Source: an uncultured candidate division WWE3 bacterium
GTDB lineage: Bacteria; Patescibacteriota; WWE3; UBA101185; UBA10185
Reading direction: 5' to 3'
Assembly: GCA_903879985.1 (NCBI GenBank)
Contig: CAIRNR010000007.1
Location: 5,382 to 69,381, forward strand
DNA length: 64,000 nucleotides
Positions within the stretch are counted from its first letter, which is position 1. Each line of letters begins with the position of its first letter. The notes under the pieces were generated by a model that saw only the letters and a list, made by a program, of their open reading frames with translations, ran no database searches and was not told where the DNA came from. Of the stretch, positions 17,572 through 28,259 are shown in pieces. A program made the translations under genes and the position numbers.

Positions 17572-19005
17572 CTAATTCGTCTTCGTCAAATGCCAGTTCG
17601 CAAAATCCAAGAATCGGTCGGAGTACGTATGCGTATACTTCTCCCCTATTCCATTAAAATACTTGCTGACGTAGTAATGAGTAAACGGATGGTACAGGAA
17701 TATAGCCGGAACCTGCTCTGTTAGCGTCTTTTGGAACTCGTTGTAGTGAACTACTCGTTTTTCGTTGTCTAACTCGTCACGGCCAGCCTCAAGAGCACGA
17801 TCGGCACGTACTTGGTCAAACCCAGTAATATTTAGTCCGGGTGGATTTTTTTGCGCAGAATGCCACAAAACGTAGCGATCAGGATCTCGGCCAACCTCTT
17901 GTCCGTAAAGCAAAACTTCAAAATCACGTGGATTTACAACCTGATCAACAATATCTTCAGGTTTAACAACTTTGATATTTACATGAATACCCAGACTGGA
18001 TTCCCATAATGCCTGAACTTCCTTAGCTAATTGTTTATGCGCGTCGATGTCTGGAACCGTAATGGTTAAGTTAATATCTCCAAGGTTTTCCTTAAACTTA
18101 TCGTCGTATTTATCAACTTCAACCGCACGGTCCGTAAATAAACTCCTACTGATTGGTCCTTGCGCACTAATACCGTAAGGAACAATAAGCTGGTCTATTG
18201 GCAAAACCTTTTCTAGCTTTTGGCGAACTAACACATCCTTCAACTTATCATTACGTAAGTTAAAAAATAAGGCGTAGTAAATACCTTGAATTGGGAATTT
18301 ATGGTCATAAAAATTATCGACAATGTGCTCGGTTGGTGATAAAAATGCTTGTATTTCTCCTAACCGTGCCGCTGTAGCAAGTTCATCATCGTTTGAATAA
18401 TACCTAAATACTATTTTTTTAATTTCATATTTACTACTTGTTGTAACTAAAGTTATCTGTTTTAACAATTTACCGGTACGTTGAATACGTGCAATTCTAA
18501 AATCGCCATTAGAAATAGGAGAAAGTGGGTTATTTTTCTCAACTGCTTGCGTAGGCATAATCCCGATAGTCAACAAACTTAAAAACGGCGAATATTTATT
18601 TGGAAGCGTAAATCTAACCGTTAAATCATCGACCTTATCAGTTGCAACACCGGTTAAATCGTCTACGTTAAATGAAGTATAAATAAGGTCATCAGCTGTA
18701 ATTTTTTTACCACTTGTCCAATATTGATTATCTTTTATCTTAATTGTATAGACCAAACCATCATCAGAAACCGACCATGTTTCTGCTAAATCAGGGATTA
18801 TTGCGCCATATATATCGTACTTAAACAACCCTCTATAAATTAAATTGGAAATAGTCTTTTCGTTTTGGTTTCGTGCTTGATTTGGCAAAAATGATGCAGG
18901 CTGTATATCTACACCTTCAATGTAAGTTGGTGTAGGTGCAAAGGCTAAGATAGTTGTGTATATAGACAGGATTATTGACGTTATAAAAGCTAATATGGTC
19001 GACAT
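17572..19005 (-). CDS. ABC-transporter substrate-binding protein, family 5 (Opp/Dpp-like), lone
   Basis: 'LFKYDIYGAIIPDLAETWSVSDDGLVYTIKIKDNQYWTSGKKITADDLIYTSF' matches the SBP_bac_5 signature region. It has an N-terminal hydrophobic anchor. Confidence 0.7.
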   Translation of the reverse strand: MSTILAFITSIILSIYTTILAFAPTPTYIEGVDIQPASFLPNQARNQNEKTISNLIYRGLFKYDIYGAIIPDLAETWSVSDDGLVYTIKIKDNQYWTSGKKITADDLIYTSFNVDDLTGVATDKVDDLTVRFTLPNKYSPFLSLLTIGIMPTQAVEKNNPLSPISNGDFRIARIQRTGKLLKQITLVTTSSKYEIKKIVFRYYSNDDELATAARLGEIQAFLSPTEHIVDNFYDHKFPIQGIYYALFFNLRNDKLKDVLVRQKLEKVLPIDQLIVPYGISAQGPISRSLFTDRAVEVDKYDDKFKENLGDINLTITVPDIDAHKQLAKEVQALWESSLGIHVNIKVVKPEDIVDQVVNPRDFEVLLYGQEVGRDPDRYVLWHSAQKNPPGLNITGFDQVRADRALEAGRDELDNEKRVVHYNEFQKTLTEQVPAIFLYHPFTHYYVSKYFNGIGEKYTHTYSDRFLDFANWHLTKTN

Positions 19006-19146
19006 CTAAGTTTCATTTTATCAAAATTGTCCAAGTATTGCTAAAATAGGGGTTAAACTGGTAATATAGCAATGTTTGTAGCTTTAAAGTAAGCTTTTCA
19101 AACACACCGCGTCACTGTACTCGCCTAATGGCTCGTTTCGTTCCGC

Positions 19147-19221
19147 GGCCCCATCGTCTAACGGTTAGGACATCAGGTTTTCATCCTGGTAATCGGAGTC
19201 CGACTCTCCGTGGGGTCACCA
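19147..19221 (+). tRNA. tRNA-Glu (TTC)
   Basis: Acceptor GGCCCCA/TGGGGTC, anticodon stem TCAGG/CCTGG with loop TTTTCAT, and an encoded ACCA. Confidence 0.8.
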
Positions 19222-19343
19222 TGGACAAGTTCTTCACTGTAAGTGGAGGTTTTTGTCCATGTGATTTTGCTAGGTAGTGGACTAGCCTTAGCGAGTCCTA
19301 CAATTACGTAGCAAAGCGAAGTAATTGCTTTGATATACTCAAA

Positions 19344-19362
19344 ACTCTCCGTGGGGTCACCA
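19344..19362 (+). repeat. 19-bp direct repeat of the tRNA-Glu 3' end (ACTCTCCGTGGGGTCACCA), 122 bp downstream of the tRNA
   Basis: Exact duplicate of 19203..19221. The intervening 122 bp holds a 9-bp perfect inverted repeat CATGGACAA/TTGTCCATG. Confidence 0.7.
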
Positions 19363-19372
19363 ATAATAAGGT

Positions 19373-19939
19373 TTAATAAATAGGACTACTCACAGCATAA
19401 CAATTAACAGGATCGTTAGCAGGATTCACCTCACAAAACATACCAGGATTACCCAAAGCAGGGCCAACATTTCCACACCAATTCGGATCACTATTACTAA
19501 GCGGATTTTCCATTTGCGTTGCCAAAACATATTTACTACCATCTAATGGCGCGTAATACGTATAAGGACCAGCCGTTGTAGGATCATTTCCATCGCAGAG
19601 ACTTGTAGCACTTGGATATAAAGGATCAACAGGAACCTTGTCCATGTAACCATTTAATGCCTGAGACGTTAGATCGGATCCTGTTATACACATAAAGCCT
19701 GGGTTTTGTGAGGATGCACAATCCTGGCGACCCGACGGATATTGTTGATGATCTGCAAAATAAGATTCAAGCGCAGTCTGAATTTTGGATAAATCTGCCT
19801 TTCGTTGGCTATCCCGAGCTTTTGAGCGAATACCATTAACATTTATTAACGTCAGCAAAACACCACTTAGAATAGCTAAAACAGTAATAACTACCAAAAG
19901 TTCAATTAAGGTAAAACCTGAAGATTTTTTATTTACCAT
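19373..19939 (-). CDS. type IV pilin-like protein (prepilin N-terminal methylation/cleavage motif)
   Basis: The N-terminus 'KKSSGFTLIELLVVITVLAILSGVLL' is a class III signal peptide. The C-terminal half is Cys-containing and variable. Confidence 0.7.
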   Translation of the reverse strand: MVNKKSSGFTLIELLVVITVLAILSGVLLTLINVNGIRSKARDSQRKADLSKIQTALESYFADHQQYPSGRQDCASSQNPGFMCITGSDLTSQALNGYMDKVPVDPLYPSATSLCDGNDPTTAGPYTYYAPLDGSKYVLATQMENPLSNSDPNWCGNVGPALGNPGMFCEVNPANDPVNCYAVSSPIY

Positions 19940-19968
19940 GTATTAATCATATACATGTACAAGAGTTT

Positions 19969-20781
19969 TTAAAAGGTCAAGAATTTACTATTTTCCACAA
20001 GAGCACCACTCTCAGGATCAGCCAACTTAATTTGATCCAGCATATCTACAAAGACACCTTCGCTTATGCAAATTTCACGGGTAGCTTCAAGATTAATATC
20101 AAAAAGCCAAGACAACATATTTACATACGCGTCTGTTCTATTTTTTAAATGCGCATGCGTAACAACTTTTCCATCTAAAAATCTTTCTAATACTTCCGTA
20201 GACACAAGTCCCGGTCCCATATCAAAAAATGAAAACATGTTTTGCGCATATTCCAAAATTGCTAGTTTATCAGCATCTCTGGTAAATTTTGCGTAAATAC
20301 TATTGTAAGGATAAAACAACTTGTTGTGCCATTTAACAGCCTCAATTATTTCAGCTTTTTCAGGCCATTGCGCTGCCACCAAATGTGCACCTAAATCTCC
20401 ATGGTCAACTTTTGAATCAGTATCCGATAATGTTCCTGTAAGAGCTTGAGGAAATCTCCCAATGTCATGCAAAAATGCACAAACGTACGCAGTTGCTTCA
20501 TTTGGAATTTCATTTTGAGATTTTTGTAATATATTTTGTGCTGCCTGAACAACTTCATGAGTATGTAATATTTTATAAAGACACATGGTTTTCTCTTTGT
20601 TAACAGCTTTGGAATAACTATCAAGTATTATCTGGGTTGCCCAGTCTATTATTTCTGTTGGAATCTCATTGGTTATTTTGCGAGAGCCTTTAAAAAGTTC
20701 ATCAATCCAAGTAGACACTTCTCCAACAGTTTTATCCTTAGAAAGAATAAATTTTAAGTCTTCAGGGGATCTGGTTTTCAC
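19969..20781 (-). CDS. HD-domain phosphohydrolase family protein
   Basis: Shows the '…LHTHEVVQAA…' and '…AFLHDIGR…' H/HD motifs. Confidence 0.55.
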   Translation of the reverse strand: MKTRSPEDLKFILSKDKTVGEVSTWIDELFKGSRKITNEIPTEIIDWATQIILDSYSKAVNKEKTMCLYKILHTHEVVQAAQNILQKSQNEIPNEATAYVCAFLHDIGRFPQALTGTLSDTDSKVDHGDLGAHLVAAQWPEKAEIIEAVKWHNKLFYPYNSIYAKFTRDADKLAILEYAQNMFSFFDMGPGLVSTEVLERFLDGKVVTHAHLKNRTDAYVNMLSWLFDINLEATREICISEGVFVDMLDQIKLADPESGALVENSKFLTF

Positions 20782-20865
20782 TGGGTTATTTTATCGCGGA
20801 TGTATATAAAAAGAAACGGGACCTGTGTAAAAATATACGACAGATCCCGTTGGCCTAAGCGAAAC

Positions 20866-21267
20866 TTACTTTAAATACAAGCTCGCAAAGGCTAGTTGAA
20901 TGCGCCCGGCTGAGTTAAGTTGTTCTTCCATATATGTGAAACCCAACTTTTCGGCCAGTTTTAAAATATCGGTCTCCGCAGGAAAAGGTGCCTTTCTGAA
21001 ACCATACTTTATGTGGTTTACCCACGTATAACCGCGTCTACCATCAGTAATGTTGCAGTAGTTGGGTAAAATCATGCATTCCAACACTGCGTTTGGGTAT
21101 TCCCCAGTGACTTGCCGAATTACAAAATATACGTACACCACATCGGTACAACACTTTCTACGGTAATCTGCATATTCAATGCCTACCAACGATTTGCCAA
21201 GTACTTCGACAATCATTTGCATCCACTCCAACGATCCCGACTGAACATCCTTAAAATCCTTTGTCAT
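20866..21267 (-). CDS. hypothetical protein (133 aa)
   Basis: The ORF is open, but there is no confident family assignment. Confidence 0.35.
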   Translation of the reverse strand: MTKDFKDVQSGSLEWMQMIVEVLGKSLVGIEYADYRRKCCTDVVYVYFVIRQVTGEYPNAVLECMILPNYCNITDGRRGYTWVNHIKYGFRKAPFPAETDILKLAEKLGFTYMEEQLNSAGRIQLAFASLYLK

Positions 21268-21390
21268 TTCCGCTCCTTTTCTAGATTCCGAACATTTTAC
21301 CCTAATTATTATAAAATCTGCAAACTATGTTAGTCATAGCAAAATTATGATATTTCAACATGAAATAAAATATGTATAATCAAGATCAAT

Positions 21391-22974
21391 ATGATGAAAA
21401 AAGTTTTAAGAATTTTACCTTTTGTTTTTATATATTTTCTTGCATTATTTTTTAGATTTACAAAACTAGGCTACTCAGAATTTCAGGGTGATGAAACTTC
21501 AGCACAAAATTATTTATTTGGAAACCAAGATTTTATCAAGTTTTTATTTACACGCCAGGTCGGTCCGTCACAATATATTATTTCCTACATTTCAAATTAT
21601 TTATTACACTTTGTAAATTTGTCTCCTGAATTATTTATTCGAATACCTTTTGCTTTTGCAGGTATTACTGCTGTTATAGCCTTATACTATGTGGTTAATA
21701 AATTCTTTGACCGCACAACAGCATTAATTGCAACTACACTGGCAGGTACGTCTGGATTATTAATTGCTTTATCCAGAATTGTGCAATATCAATCGTTTGT
21801 AATTTTACTTTCAATCGTTTGTGTCGGAGTCTACTTAGTATATTTAGAACGAGATCACAATATTTTATACAGCACAATATGCGGAATATTATGCGGTGTT
21901 GCGTTGCTTTTTCATTACGACGCCTTGGCATTTATTATTCCAATTATTATTCACGCCATTTTAAACAAAGATTATAAAGGAATAGTTGTAATTTTGGGTT
22001 TTACCGGCATTATTTCAAGCCTATTTTATGTTCCCTTTGTTTTATACCCAGGTTTTAGTAGCACATTTGACTATTTAATCGGAACCAGGATGAACTCATC
22101 GCCAACTCAAGATTCTATATGGTCCTCGCTAAAAATATTAGAAATGTATCATTCAAAGGAATTGTTAATGCTAGTAGGAATTGCCCTAGTTATTGCGCTA
22201 TTGAAAAGAATTAAAAATTCTACTACAACGTTTACAATATTACTTTCACTCACAGTTGATTTAATTTTGATAAGAGTTGGTATTGGAACAAGAATTCCTT
22301 GGGTGGTTTACGGATCAGTTATATGCGCAATCGCAACATTGTATATGTATTGCTTTAAAAAAACAGAAAAGGATTTACAAGATAACGCGCTTAAATTGAT
22401 AACTATTTGGTTTGGTATATCTTTTATTTTTTACGGAATGTTATTTTCAATGCCACTTACGCACATATATACTTTCTTTATCCCTCTATTTATATTGATT
22501 GGCTTTTATTTAAAAATCGCATTTGTGCGAGCAGCGACATTTCAGAAAATTGGCATAATAGGGTTAGCACTTTTTGGATTAGTCTCAGCGGTTTCGTTTA
22601 ATTATCAAGCCTTCATAGATACAACAAGAGAATATCCATGGGAGCAAAAAAAATATGTTTTTGGCTTAATGCCTAGCTATATCGCCGACGGACAAAATAT
22701 AGATGATATTTTTGGTTTTCCATACAACCGTGGGTGGAAAGGAATCGCAGGAGCTATTACCGCCATTAAGAAATTTGCCACCGTAACCACTTATGGTTCA
22801 AATGAAAAATACAGACTTACAAAATATTACATTAGAGATTTAAGTTACGTAGATAAAGATCCCGATATCTATGTTTACATTTATAAGACGCAAAACTTAG
22901 TACAAGCAGCGTCAACACATCCTGCCGAAATACCACTTGTCACAACCGGAGACTATGAAATATATCTTAAATAA
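21391..22974 (+). CDS. large multi-TM glycosyltransferase-like protein (GT39/ArnT/PMT-like)
   Basis: 527 aa with more than 10 predicted TM segments. The N-terminal region is typical of dolichyl/undecaprenyl-phosphate sugar transferases. Confidence 0.5.
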   Translation: MMKKVLRILPFVFIYFLALFFRFTKLGYSEFQGDETSAQNYLFGNQDFIKFLFTRQVGPSQYIISYISNYLLHFVNLSPELFIRIPFAFAGITAVIALYYVVNKFFDRTTALIATTLAGTSGLLIALSRIVQYQSFVILLSIVCVGVYLVYLERDHNILYSTICGILCGVALLFHYDALAFIIPIIIHAILNKDYKGIVVILGFTGIISSLFYVPFVLYPGFSSTFDYLIGTRMNSSPTQDSIWSSLKILEMYHSKELLMLVGIALVIALLKRIKNSTTTFTILLSLTVDLILIRVGIGTRIPWVVYGSVICAIATLYMYCFKKTEKDLQDNALKLITIWFGISFIFYGMLFSMPLTHIYTFFIPLFILIGFYLKIAFVRAATFQKIGIIGLALFGLVSAVSFNYQAFIDTTREYPWEQKKYVFGLMPSYIADGQNIDDIFGFPYNRGWKGIAGAITAIKKFATVTTYGSNEKYRLTKYYIRDLSYVDKDPDIYVYIYKTQNLVQAASTHPAEIPLVTTGDYEIYLK

Positions 22975-25030
22975 CAAGTTTCGCTAAACGCTTATACTGC
23001 CAAGCAAATAAAGATACGAAGAAAAACAATATACCTACACCGTAATAAAAGTAATATGGCGTAAATATAAACTCAACTTTGTGGTCACCTGCGGCCAAAT
23101 CAAAGTTCATAAATACGCCGCGGGTATCGAGAGCGGTTTGCTTGCCATCTACGTATAATCTCCATTCAGGATCGGATTTTAAATAGGTAACAATAGTTTG
23201 TTGAACATTATTTTTCACATTCATTACAATGTGCCCCTCGCTTTTTACAACATAAGAACTGGAAGGATCAATGTTTGATAACAAGTCAGTGTTTGGATTT
23301 TCGTTAATTGTAAGTGTTCTGTCAGCTTCGGTTTTGGGTTGAAACACTGCGACCACACCAAGAGCTTGAAATTTAACTACATCATCATATGTTTGCGTAC
23401 TTTTACTAACAACGTGTTTATAACTTGTTAGATCAACTTGATTCAACAAACGCATGTAATTATTTTTTGTAAAGTTACTATAACCAAACGGAGACCACGA
23501 TTTTACAAAAAGATATTCCATGCCTACCAATCCCGAACGCGTAATAATTCTTTGGTTTGTATATTCCGTAGGTATTTGTACAACTTTTTCGCGATCACGA
23601 ATATCCATGATTCGGTAGTTCAACACGTCTTGGGCGAACAAAAATAAATCAGCAAATACAATAAACACAACAAGCGCCGAAATATACATTAAATATTTAG
23701 GTTTAAACTTTTTAACTAAAACAACGCCAACACATAATAGAACCGTAACGCCAATCAAAATTAACCAACGATTAAAATCATCTGTAGCTCGCAAGTGGGT
23801 AATATTTGCGCGCATATAATTTGCCATCGAGCCTATTTCATTCACTTCAAGACTCATATTTATTTTTATTAAAAAGAATATATAAGCTACGGGTGCTAAG
23901 GTTAAAGCCAGATTAATTAAATAATCTTTCTTTTGTAGCTTCTCAAAGGGATTCGAAATAAAACATGCGGCCATAATTCCAAAAGCAAAGGAACCCAAAA
24001 ACACTGTCCTTTCCCAATACCTAAACAAATCTATCAAAATTAATTTATTTACCAACAAGAAAGGCTCGTTATTTAAAAACGAAAGTAAAACCACTAGCCA
24101 AACCAGGCTATAACAAAAATAATAAAGCTTGTTTCGTTTTAGGAATATAAAAGCAAAAGCGCCGATAATTAGCACTGAAATTCCCATGTAATTATAAATT
24201 TCTGTGTACGTAAAACGCTGACCTACTAAATAACCATCATAAGATGCCCAACGTTTAAATAAATATGGATAGGCAAATGTTCCTGCCGCATTGGGCATAA
24301 GCGAGCCTTGTAAGTAGGAAACCCCGCCATCGCGATATCCGTCTTTAAACAAAAAGTAATTTGGAATTAACAAAGGTACCGTAAGAATTAAACTTAAAAA
24401 GCCTGTGATTCCGAAATACAAAAAGAATCGTTTTACACCAATATCCTTAATATGGACCAACGCATAAAGCACCAAACCAAAAATAATTATTAACGGAAAC
24501 TGGATATGTCCCCAGTAAACAGCATCGGCAAGAGCTAGTGCCTGAAACACAATATATTTAAGTTGTTTTTTCTCTATAAAAATATCCAAAAGTAAAAAGT
24601 GTAACGGCGCTAAATACGTAATAAGTATTACGCTCAAGTGAACTTGATGATTCAGCATGAAAAAACAAAAGTAGTAAGCCAAATTGGCGACTGCAAAACC
24701 TAGTATGTTAACGTTTTTACGCTTTAGTAGGAGATAAATAGAAATAGAGCCTATTAGATAACAAAGTATGTGAATGATCTTATACGAAAGCATTGGTCCA
24801 AAAACCAATATTCCAGCAATATTAAAAACGTTTAAGTAAGAGTTTTCCATGTCGGCATATATCGGAGTACCTGAAAATATTCGTTCTGACCAAAAAGGAA
24901 AGCGATGCTGGGTTAAAATGATTTCACGTAAATACGCACGGACCGGATAATATTCGGTAACCATGTCACTTCCCCAAAAACCAAAATTAGGGGAAAAAAC
25001 CTTGTAAAAGAAGACTACGTACATTAACAA
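22967..25030 (-). CDS. YfhO-family membrane glycosyltransferase-like protein
   Basis: 687 aa. The N-terminal 'YYPVRAYLREIILTQHRFPFWSERIFSGTPIYAD' resembles the YfhO N-terminal signature. It has many TM segments and a C-terminal soluble domain. Confidence 0.55.
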   Translation of the reverse strand: MLMYVVFFYKVFSPNFGFWGSDMVTEYYPVRAYLREIILTQHRFPFWSERIFSGTPIYADMENSYLNVFNIAGILVFGPMLSYKIIHILCYLIGSISIYLLLKRKNVNILGFAVANLAYYFCFFMLNHQVHLSVILITYLAPLHFLLLDIFIEKKQLKYIVFQALALADAVYWGHIQFPLIIIFGLVLYALVHIKDIGVKRFFLYFGITGFLSLILTVPLLIPNYFLFKDGYRDGGVSYLQGSLMPNAAGTFAYPYLFKRWASYDGYLVGQRFTYTEIYNYMGISVLIIGAFAFIFLKRNKLYYFCYSLVWLVVLLSFLNNEPFLLVNKLILIDLFRYWERTVFLGSFAFGIMAACFISNPFEKLQKKDYLINLALTLAPVAYIFFLIKINMSLEVNEIGSMANYMRANITHLRATDDFNRWLILIGVTVLLCVGVVLVKKFKPKYLMYISALVVFIVFADLFLFAQDVLNYRIMDIRDREKVVQIPTEYTNQRIITRSGLVGMEYLFVKSWSPFGYSNFTKNNYMRLLNQVDLTSYKHVVSKSTQTYDDVVKFQALGVVAVFQPKTEADRTLTINENPNTDLLSNIDPSSSYVVKSEGHIVMNVKNNVQQTIVTYLKSDPEWRLYVDGKQTALDTRGVFMNFDLAAGDHKVEFIFTPYYFYYGVGILFFFVSLFAWQYKRLAKLVI

Positions 25031-25195
25031 GGAAATTAAAATTGCAATTATTATAGGTTTTGTCTTTAGTAGTTTTAGTATTGAATTATTATATCAGTTT
25101 AATTTTTGCAACGTTTCCAGACCTGTAGTTAGTATTTTGCGTATGTGCGCTATAATGGCGGTATCCAAATTCGGAAATAGAAAGAGAGGAAAAGA

Positions 25196-25639
25196 ATGAA
25201 CGCGATACTTATAATAAGTGGTAAACGTGGCAGCTACGATTACACGATGTGGCTTGAAGATGCTATACAAAAATATGTGTTGCAAAAAGAGCTAGAACAC
25301 ATCAAGGTAAGAACCGTTGCTTTAAACGAAGTGGTGGCCATATCTCAAAGGGAACTTTCCCACTTTACAATGGCCATCGTTGATATGGGAAAAACTCCAG
25401 AAAAGGACATTGAGCTGGAAACCATCAGCATGCTACGGTTCCTTAAAGAATCCGGAATTTACTGCATCGTTGTACATCGGTTTGACGTAACTCCCAGTTT
25501 TGTGAGGGAGATTCTGCGCGCCCGCGGAATTAATCCACGGCATGCCCACGATATTTTGGATGGCCGACATTCAATTGAATCCGTGGTAAAAGATGTAATG
25601 TTGCAATTAAGTTACGCGGTAGTACAAAAATCAAAATAA
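25196..25639 (+). CDS. hypothetical protein (147 aa)
   Basis: GAGAGGAAAAG RBS. I recognise no family. Confidence 0.4.
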   Translation: MNAILIISGKRGSYDYTMWLEDAIQKYVLQKELEHIKVRTVALNEVVAISQRELSHFTMAIVDMGKTPEKDIELETISMLRFLKESGIYCIVVHRFDVTPSFVREILRARGINPRHAHDILDGRHSIESVVKDVMLQLSYAVVQKSK

Positions 25640-25751
25640 TAGACGAGTAAATATAATGAAAACAAAACCCTTCTCGACAAAAGCGCGAAGGGTTTCTTTT
25701 TACGCATTTATATTACTAGCAACTTTAATCAATGCCTTGTAAAATCAACAT

Positions 25752-27698
25752 ATGGTCACAATTTTAGATTTTTATTTATCTACACTATTGTTCGCGATTC
25801 CGGGCTTTTTATTTATTCACAAACTATTTCCCAAGAACGCAGGTAAAAACTATGCATTTAGTAGAATATTTGGACTTCTTATAATTTCCTACCTTTCATG
25901 GATATTTGCGTACGTTCTTAGAATTAAAATCACGACTGTTTCAATACTTGCCCTTGTTTTTGTAACAACATTATTAGGACTTTACCTAAATAAAAGTATT
26001 CTGAAAACTTTATTAAAAAAATATTACAAACCGGTGTTACTATACGAGCTTTTGTTTATTATATTTTTCTCCGCAATGCTTTTGTACAGATCGGCGACAC
26101 CCAACATTGAAGATATTGAAAAATTTATGGACTTTGGAATTTATAACGGGCTGTATCGAGCCGAAACTGTTCCGCCAAAAGACGTGTGGATGAGTGGAAA
26201 GATAATTAACTATTACTATTTCGGACAATATTCACTTGTAACCATAAATAAAATTAATCATATTGATACCGCTGTTTCATATAATCTAAATGTAGCGTTA
26301 ATTTTTGCCAGTGCAGGCGTCATGCTTTTTGCCATTTGTTTTGTAATAACAAACAATTTTTTTGCGTCGTTATTTGGTGCGCTCTTATTAATAGTAGCCG
26401 GCAACATAGACATTATGTTCCACGACCTTTCAGGAACAACTACTGGTTATTTTTATGCTGATGCACGAAGCTTAATTAAATACACAATAAACGAATTTCC
26501 GGCTTACAGCTTTTTAATTAGTGACCTTCACGCACATATTATTGATTTACTTTACGTAGTATTAATGCTTGGTCTTACAGTTAACTACTTTTTTACCGCC
26601 ACCGAAGAAACAAATATATTTCAGCTCGGCGTATTGGCACTTAGCTTGGGAGCTCTTGGTGTAACAAATACTTGGGATCTAATCATTTACGCCCCACTAG
26701 TGTTTTTGATAACGCTATGGAAACACAGGCTAAAAGTGCCGGAGATATTTGCAGTAGCACCAATTTCAATTCTTCTTTTTTTGCCTTATTACATTGATTT
26801 TAATTCGGCCACTTCAGGCGTAGGAATTGTGACACAAAGAGATGAAATTTTACCAATAATGAAAATGTTCGGATATTTCTTTATGGCAAGTCTTTTGTAC
26901 GTTACCTTTTTTGTAAAAAACAAATTTGTAAAGCCAGAACATAAGCTTGTTGGATTATTTTTTATGTACGCACTTTTTTTAGTTTGCGTGCCGGAAGTCG
27001 TTTTTTTAAAAGATATATATTTTAAATTAAATCCACCCTACTCTCGTGCCAACACTGTCTTTAAAGTGTGGTATCAGGCTTGGGTTTTGTTTTGCATTGC
27101 TACAGCTTGTGCGTATTTTTACCTGATAAAAAGATTTTGGCCAAAAATTAAAAAGATTAAGACCTTCCCAATATTTTTACCATTTATCATGGATGTAGCA
27201 TTACTAACTTTTTTTGTGTTTAAATATCCTATAAATAGCGTTCGATATATAACCGGGGATACATACGAAAACAAAGGACTAAACGGTGAGGACTACCTTA
27301 AATCTTATTCACTTGGCGATTACATACTTATAAAATATCTGAATCAAAACATTACTGGGCAACCGATTATTTTAGAAGCAGCAGGATCTTCATATACCCA
27401 TGATTCTGTTATATCTTCATATACAGGACTTCCTACTGTAATAGGTTGGTCCGATCATGAACTTGGGTGGCGCGCCGATTGGCCGTATATTGCAAACCGC
27501 CTTGGTGATATCGAAATAATGTATAAAAGCTCTGACATCGAAAAGGTTTCAGAATTAGTTAAACAATATGGTATTCAATATGTAGTCATCTCAGGAACAG
27601 AGCGCGCAAAATACGGTGCAAACGCCGGAGAAACTTTAAAGGAACTATATTCTACAATATACGAAAGCGACGGCGTGACTTTGCTAAAAACAAACTAA
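25752..27698 (+). CDS. large multi-TM membrane protein with C-terminal extracytoplasmic domain (glycosyltransferase-like, DUF2298-like)
   Basis: 648 aa. An N-terminal block of ~12 TM segments is followed by a soluble tail. Confidence 0.45.
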   Translation: MVTILDFYLSTLLFAIPGFLFIHKLFPKNAGKNYAFSRIFGLLIISYLSWIFAYVLRIKITTVSILALVFVTTLLGLYLNKSILKTLLKKYYKPVLLYELLFIIFFSAMLLYRSATPNIEDIEKFMDFGIYNGLYRAETVPPKDVWMSGKIINYYYFGQYSLVTINKINHIDTAVSYNLNVALIFASAGVMLFAICFVITNNFFASLFGALLLIVAGNIDIMFHDLSGTTTGYFYADARSLIKYTINEFPAYSFLISDLHAHIIDLLYVVLMLGLTVNYFFTATEETNIFQLGVLALSLGALGVTNTWDLIIYAPLVFLITLWKHRLKVPEIFAVAPISILLFLPYYIDFNSATSGVGIVTQRDEILPIMKMFGYFFMASLLYVTFFVKNKFVKPEHKLVGLFFMYALFLVCVPEVVFLKDIYFKLNPPYSRANTVFKVWYQAWVLFCIATACAYFYLIKRFWPKIKKIKTFPIFLPFIMDVALLTFFVFKYPINSVRYITGDTYENKGLNGEDYLKSYSLGDYILIKYLNQNITGQPIILEAAGSSYTHDSVISSYTGLPTVIGWSDHELGWRADWPYIANRLGDIEIMYKSSDIEKVSELVKQYGIQYVVISGTERAKYGANAGETLKELYSTIYESDGVTLLKTN

Positions 27699-27700
27699 CT

Positions 27701-28243
27701 ATGGAACCAAATAAAATTATTCGATCGAAAAGAAGAACACTAGCAATAGAAATAAGTCCTCGCGCTGAACTTATTGTCCGCGCGCCCAACAGACTTCCTG
27801 AAAACCAAATCGTTAAATTTATAGAGCAAAGGTCGGCGTGGATTGAAAAACACATTCAAGAAGCAATTAAAAATGTTAATCGCGCTAAACCTGAGGAATT
27901 AAATCAAGATATATTAGTTTTAAAAAGACAAACAAGACAAGTTGTAAAAATTAAAGTGGAACAGTTTTCCAAAATAATGGGACTGAAATATCAAGATATT
28001 AAAATAAGCAAAGCCAAGTCAAAATGGGGATCTTGCTCGCCCACAAATAATCTTTCGTTTAGTCGGGTTCTTGCTGCTCTTCCGGAAACAGTTTTAGACT
28101 ACGTGGTCATACACGAACTTGCGCATATTAAACATAAAAATCACATGCAACAATTTTGGAACCTCGTTCAAGAATACTGTCCAGACTACAAAAATCAAAG
28201 AAGGTGGCTTAGAGAACACGCGTACTTGTTGGAACTGGCATAA
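27701..28243 (+). CDS. YgjP-like/DUF45 (WLM-like) zinc-dependent hydrolase
   Basis: 'DYVVIHELAHIKHKNH…FW' is the HExxH(x)H signature of the DUF45 family. Confidence 0.65.
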   Translation: MEPNKIIRSKRRTLAIEISPRAELIVRAPNRLPENQIVKFIEQRSAWIEKHIQEAIKNVNRAKPEELNQDILVLKRQTRQVVKIKVEQFSKIMGLKYQDIKISKAKSKWGSCSPTNNLSFSRVLAALPETVLDYVVIHELAHIKHKNHMQQFWNLVQEYCPDYKNQRRWLREHAYLLELA

Positions 28244-28259
28244 GGTATAATACAAAGCT

